A stretch of DNA of 63,912 nucleotides, counting the filler, from Octopus bimaculoides (Eukaryota), in NCBI RefSeq assembly GCF_001194135.2. It is 8 parts of 8 records of this genome, joined end to end, with 100 filler letters (N's around TTAATTAATTAA, not from the genome) between each part and the next. Parts side by side here need not be neighbours in the genome. Positions count along the whole stretch, not along the records: positions 62,523 to 63,912 come from NC_068981.1; 7 more parts are not named here. The stretch is one strand, 5' to 3'. Below the pieces are notes generated by a model, which saw only the letters and a program-made list of their open reading frames with translations, searched no databases and was not told where the DNA came from. The position numbers were made by a program, and so were the translations under genes. The number at the start of each line of letters is the position of its first letter. Positions within the stretch are counted from its first letter, which is position 1. Below, piece after piece: positions 63,171 to 63,912 of this stretch.

Positions 63171-63912
63171 ATGTGTGTGTGTATATATTATAACCGTGAG
63201 TATGTATGTTTGCGGGGGTTGTGTGGAGGAAGAGTGCAGTTATGAATTTGAGAGTTAGGTTTGTTTGGCGAATGACTTAATCTCAGTCCGTGCGCTGTAA
63301 GAAAAACAATTGCAGCCTGGAATAATCATTTCAACTCCATTTAAATAATAAGACAAAGAGAAAGTATCTTAACGTTTCTGACGTATGTCCTTTATCAGAA
63401 CATGAAAGATAGATGCTTAGGATGTGTCAGAATAAGAAAAGAAAAAAAAGAACGATAAGAGGTTTAGAAACCAGGCTAGAATCCTGTTCTAGGGAAAGGG
63501 AATTATGAAGAGAGGAAGAAGTGGATGTGTGAATGCAATTATAAAATTGTAGCAGTGTCTGAAAACGGGTAGAAGAGAGGAGTGCCAAGTATGTTTTAGA
63601 GTGTTATGTTATAAGTTTATAGACGCGTGCAAGCGGTTAGTGGGAGTGTGGGTATACCCCAGATTAGGAAATTTGAAGTAATTGATTATTTTTAATTATA
63701 CTGCGTAGAAAATTCGAATATATTAAATTTTTTTATCGGTTTCTGTAGCGTATAATCTTTTATAATCTTTTATCAGAAGACTTTGCAAGCTGCTCACTCT
63801 CCGTGTCTACAGGAATGGTCATTGAGAGTAGCCCCTAGAAACGTTCTCATATCCATTTCAGCGAAGGAAAGAGAAAGAGAGAGAGGGTGAAAGATATATA
63901 TATATATATATA

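Noticed and set aside
663-63193. Most ORFs in the supplied track (HT/YI/CV/RE/SL dipeptide runs and X-filled ORFs)
   Set aside because: They are translations of microsatellites or N runs, with no coding signal.
9650-63912. A second NPF/NPY paralogue or other neuropeptide gene
   Set aside because: Reading by eye, I found no further RPRF/RxRFG-type coding sequence or signal-peptide exon. The gaps could hide one.

Overview
Eukaryotic, AT-rich, repeat-dense genomic DNA with many N gaps. It is probably an octopod cephalopod; this is inferred from the molluscan-type NPF peptide, extreme (TA)n/(CA)n/(GATA)n content and tRNA-derived SINE types. The only protein-coding gene I can support is a neuropeptide F/Y (NPF) precursor on the + strand: coding exons 3642-3817, 4843-4916 and 6065-6069, giving MQKIIITLLLVGIMFAMQVSC|QESMLAPPNRPSEFRSPEELRKYLKALNEYYAIVGRPRF|GR|SVS|KR|AASNTFAEALTA|KR|NDE*. 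The rest of the window contains: at least three tRNA-derived SINE families with shared or swapped modules, one carrying an internal microsatellite; mariner-type MITEs; decayed DD37D (maT), mariner, hAT, CR1, L1/Tx1, RTE and possibly Penelope-like remnants; several long inverted repeats; and a degenerate (CCCTAA)n block that runs directly into a 10-bp satellite with a 1466-bp higher-order repeat. Nearly all listed ORFs are artefacts of microsatellites or N runs. There are no prokaryotic features, CRISPR arrays, rRNA genes or intact tRNA genes. I cannot claim a wholly new biological system. The most unusual structures are the telomere-like/satellite junction, a 39-bp-periodic CCAAT array, the microsatellite-carrying modular SINEs and degenerate hammerhead-like motifs.
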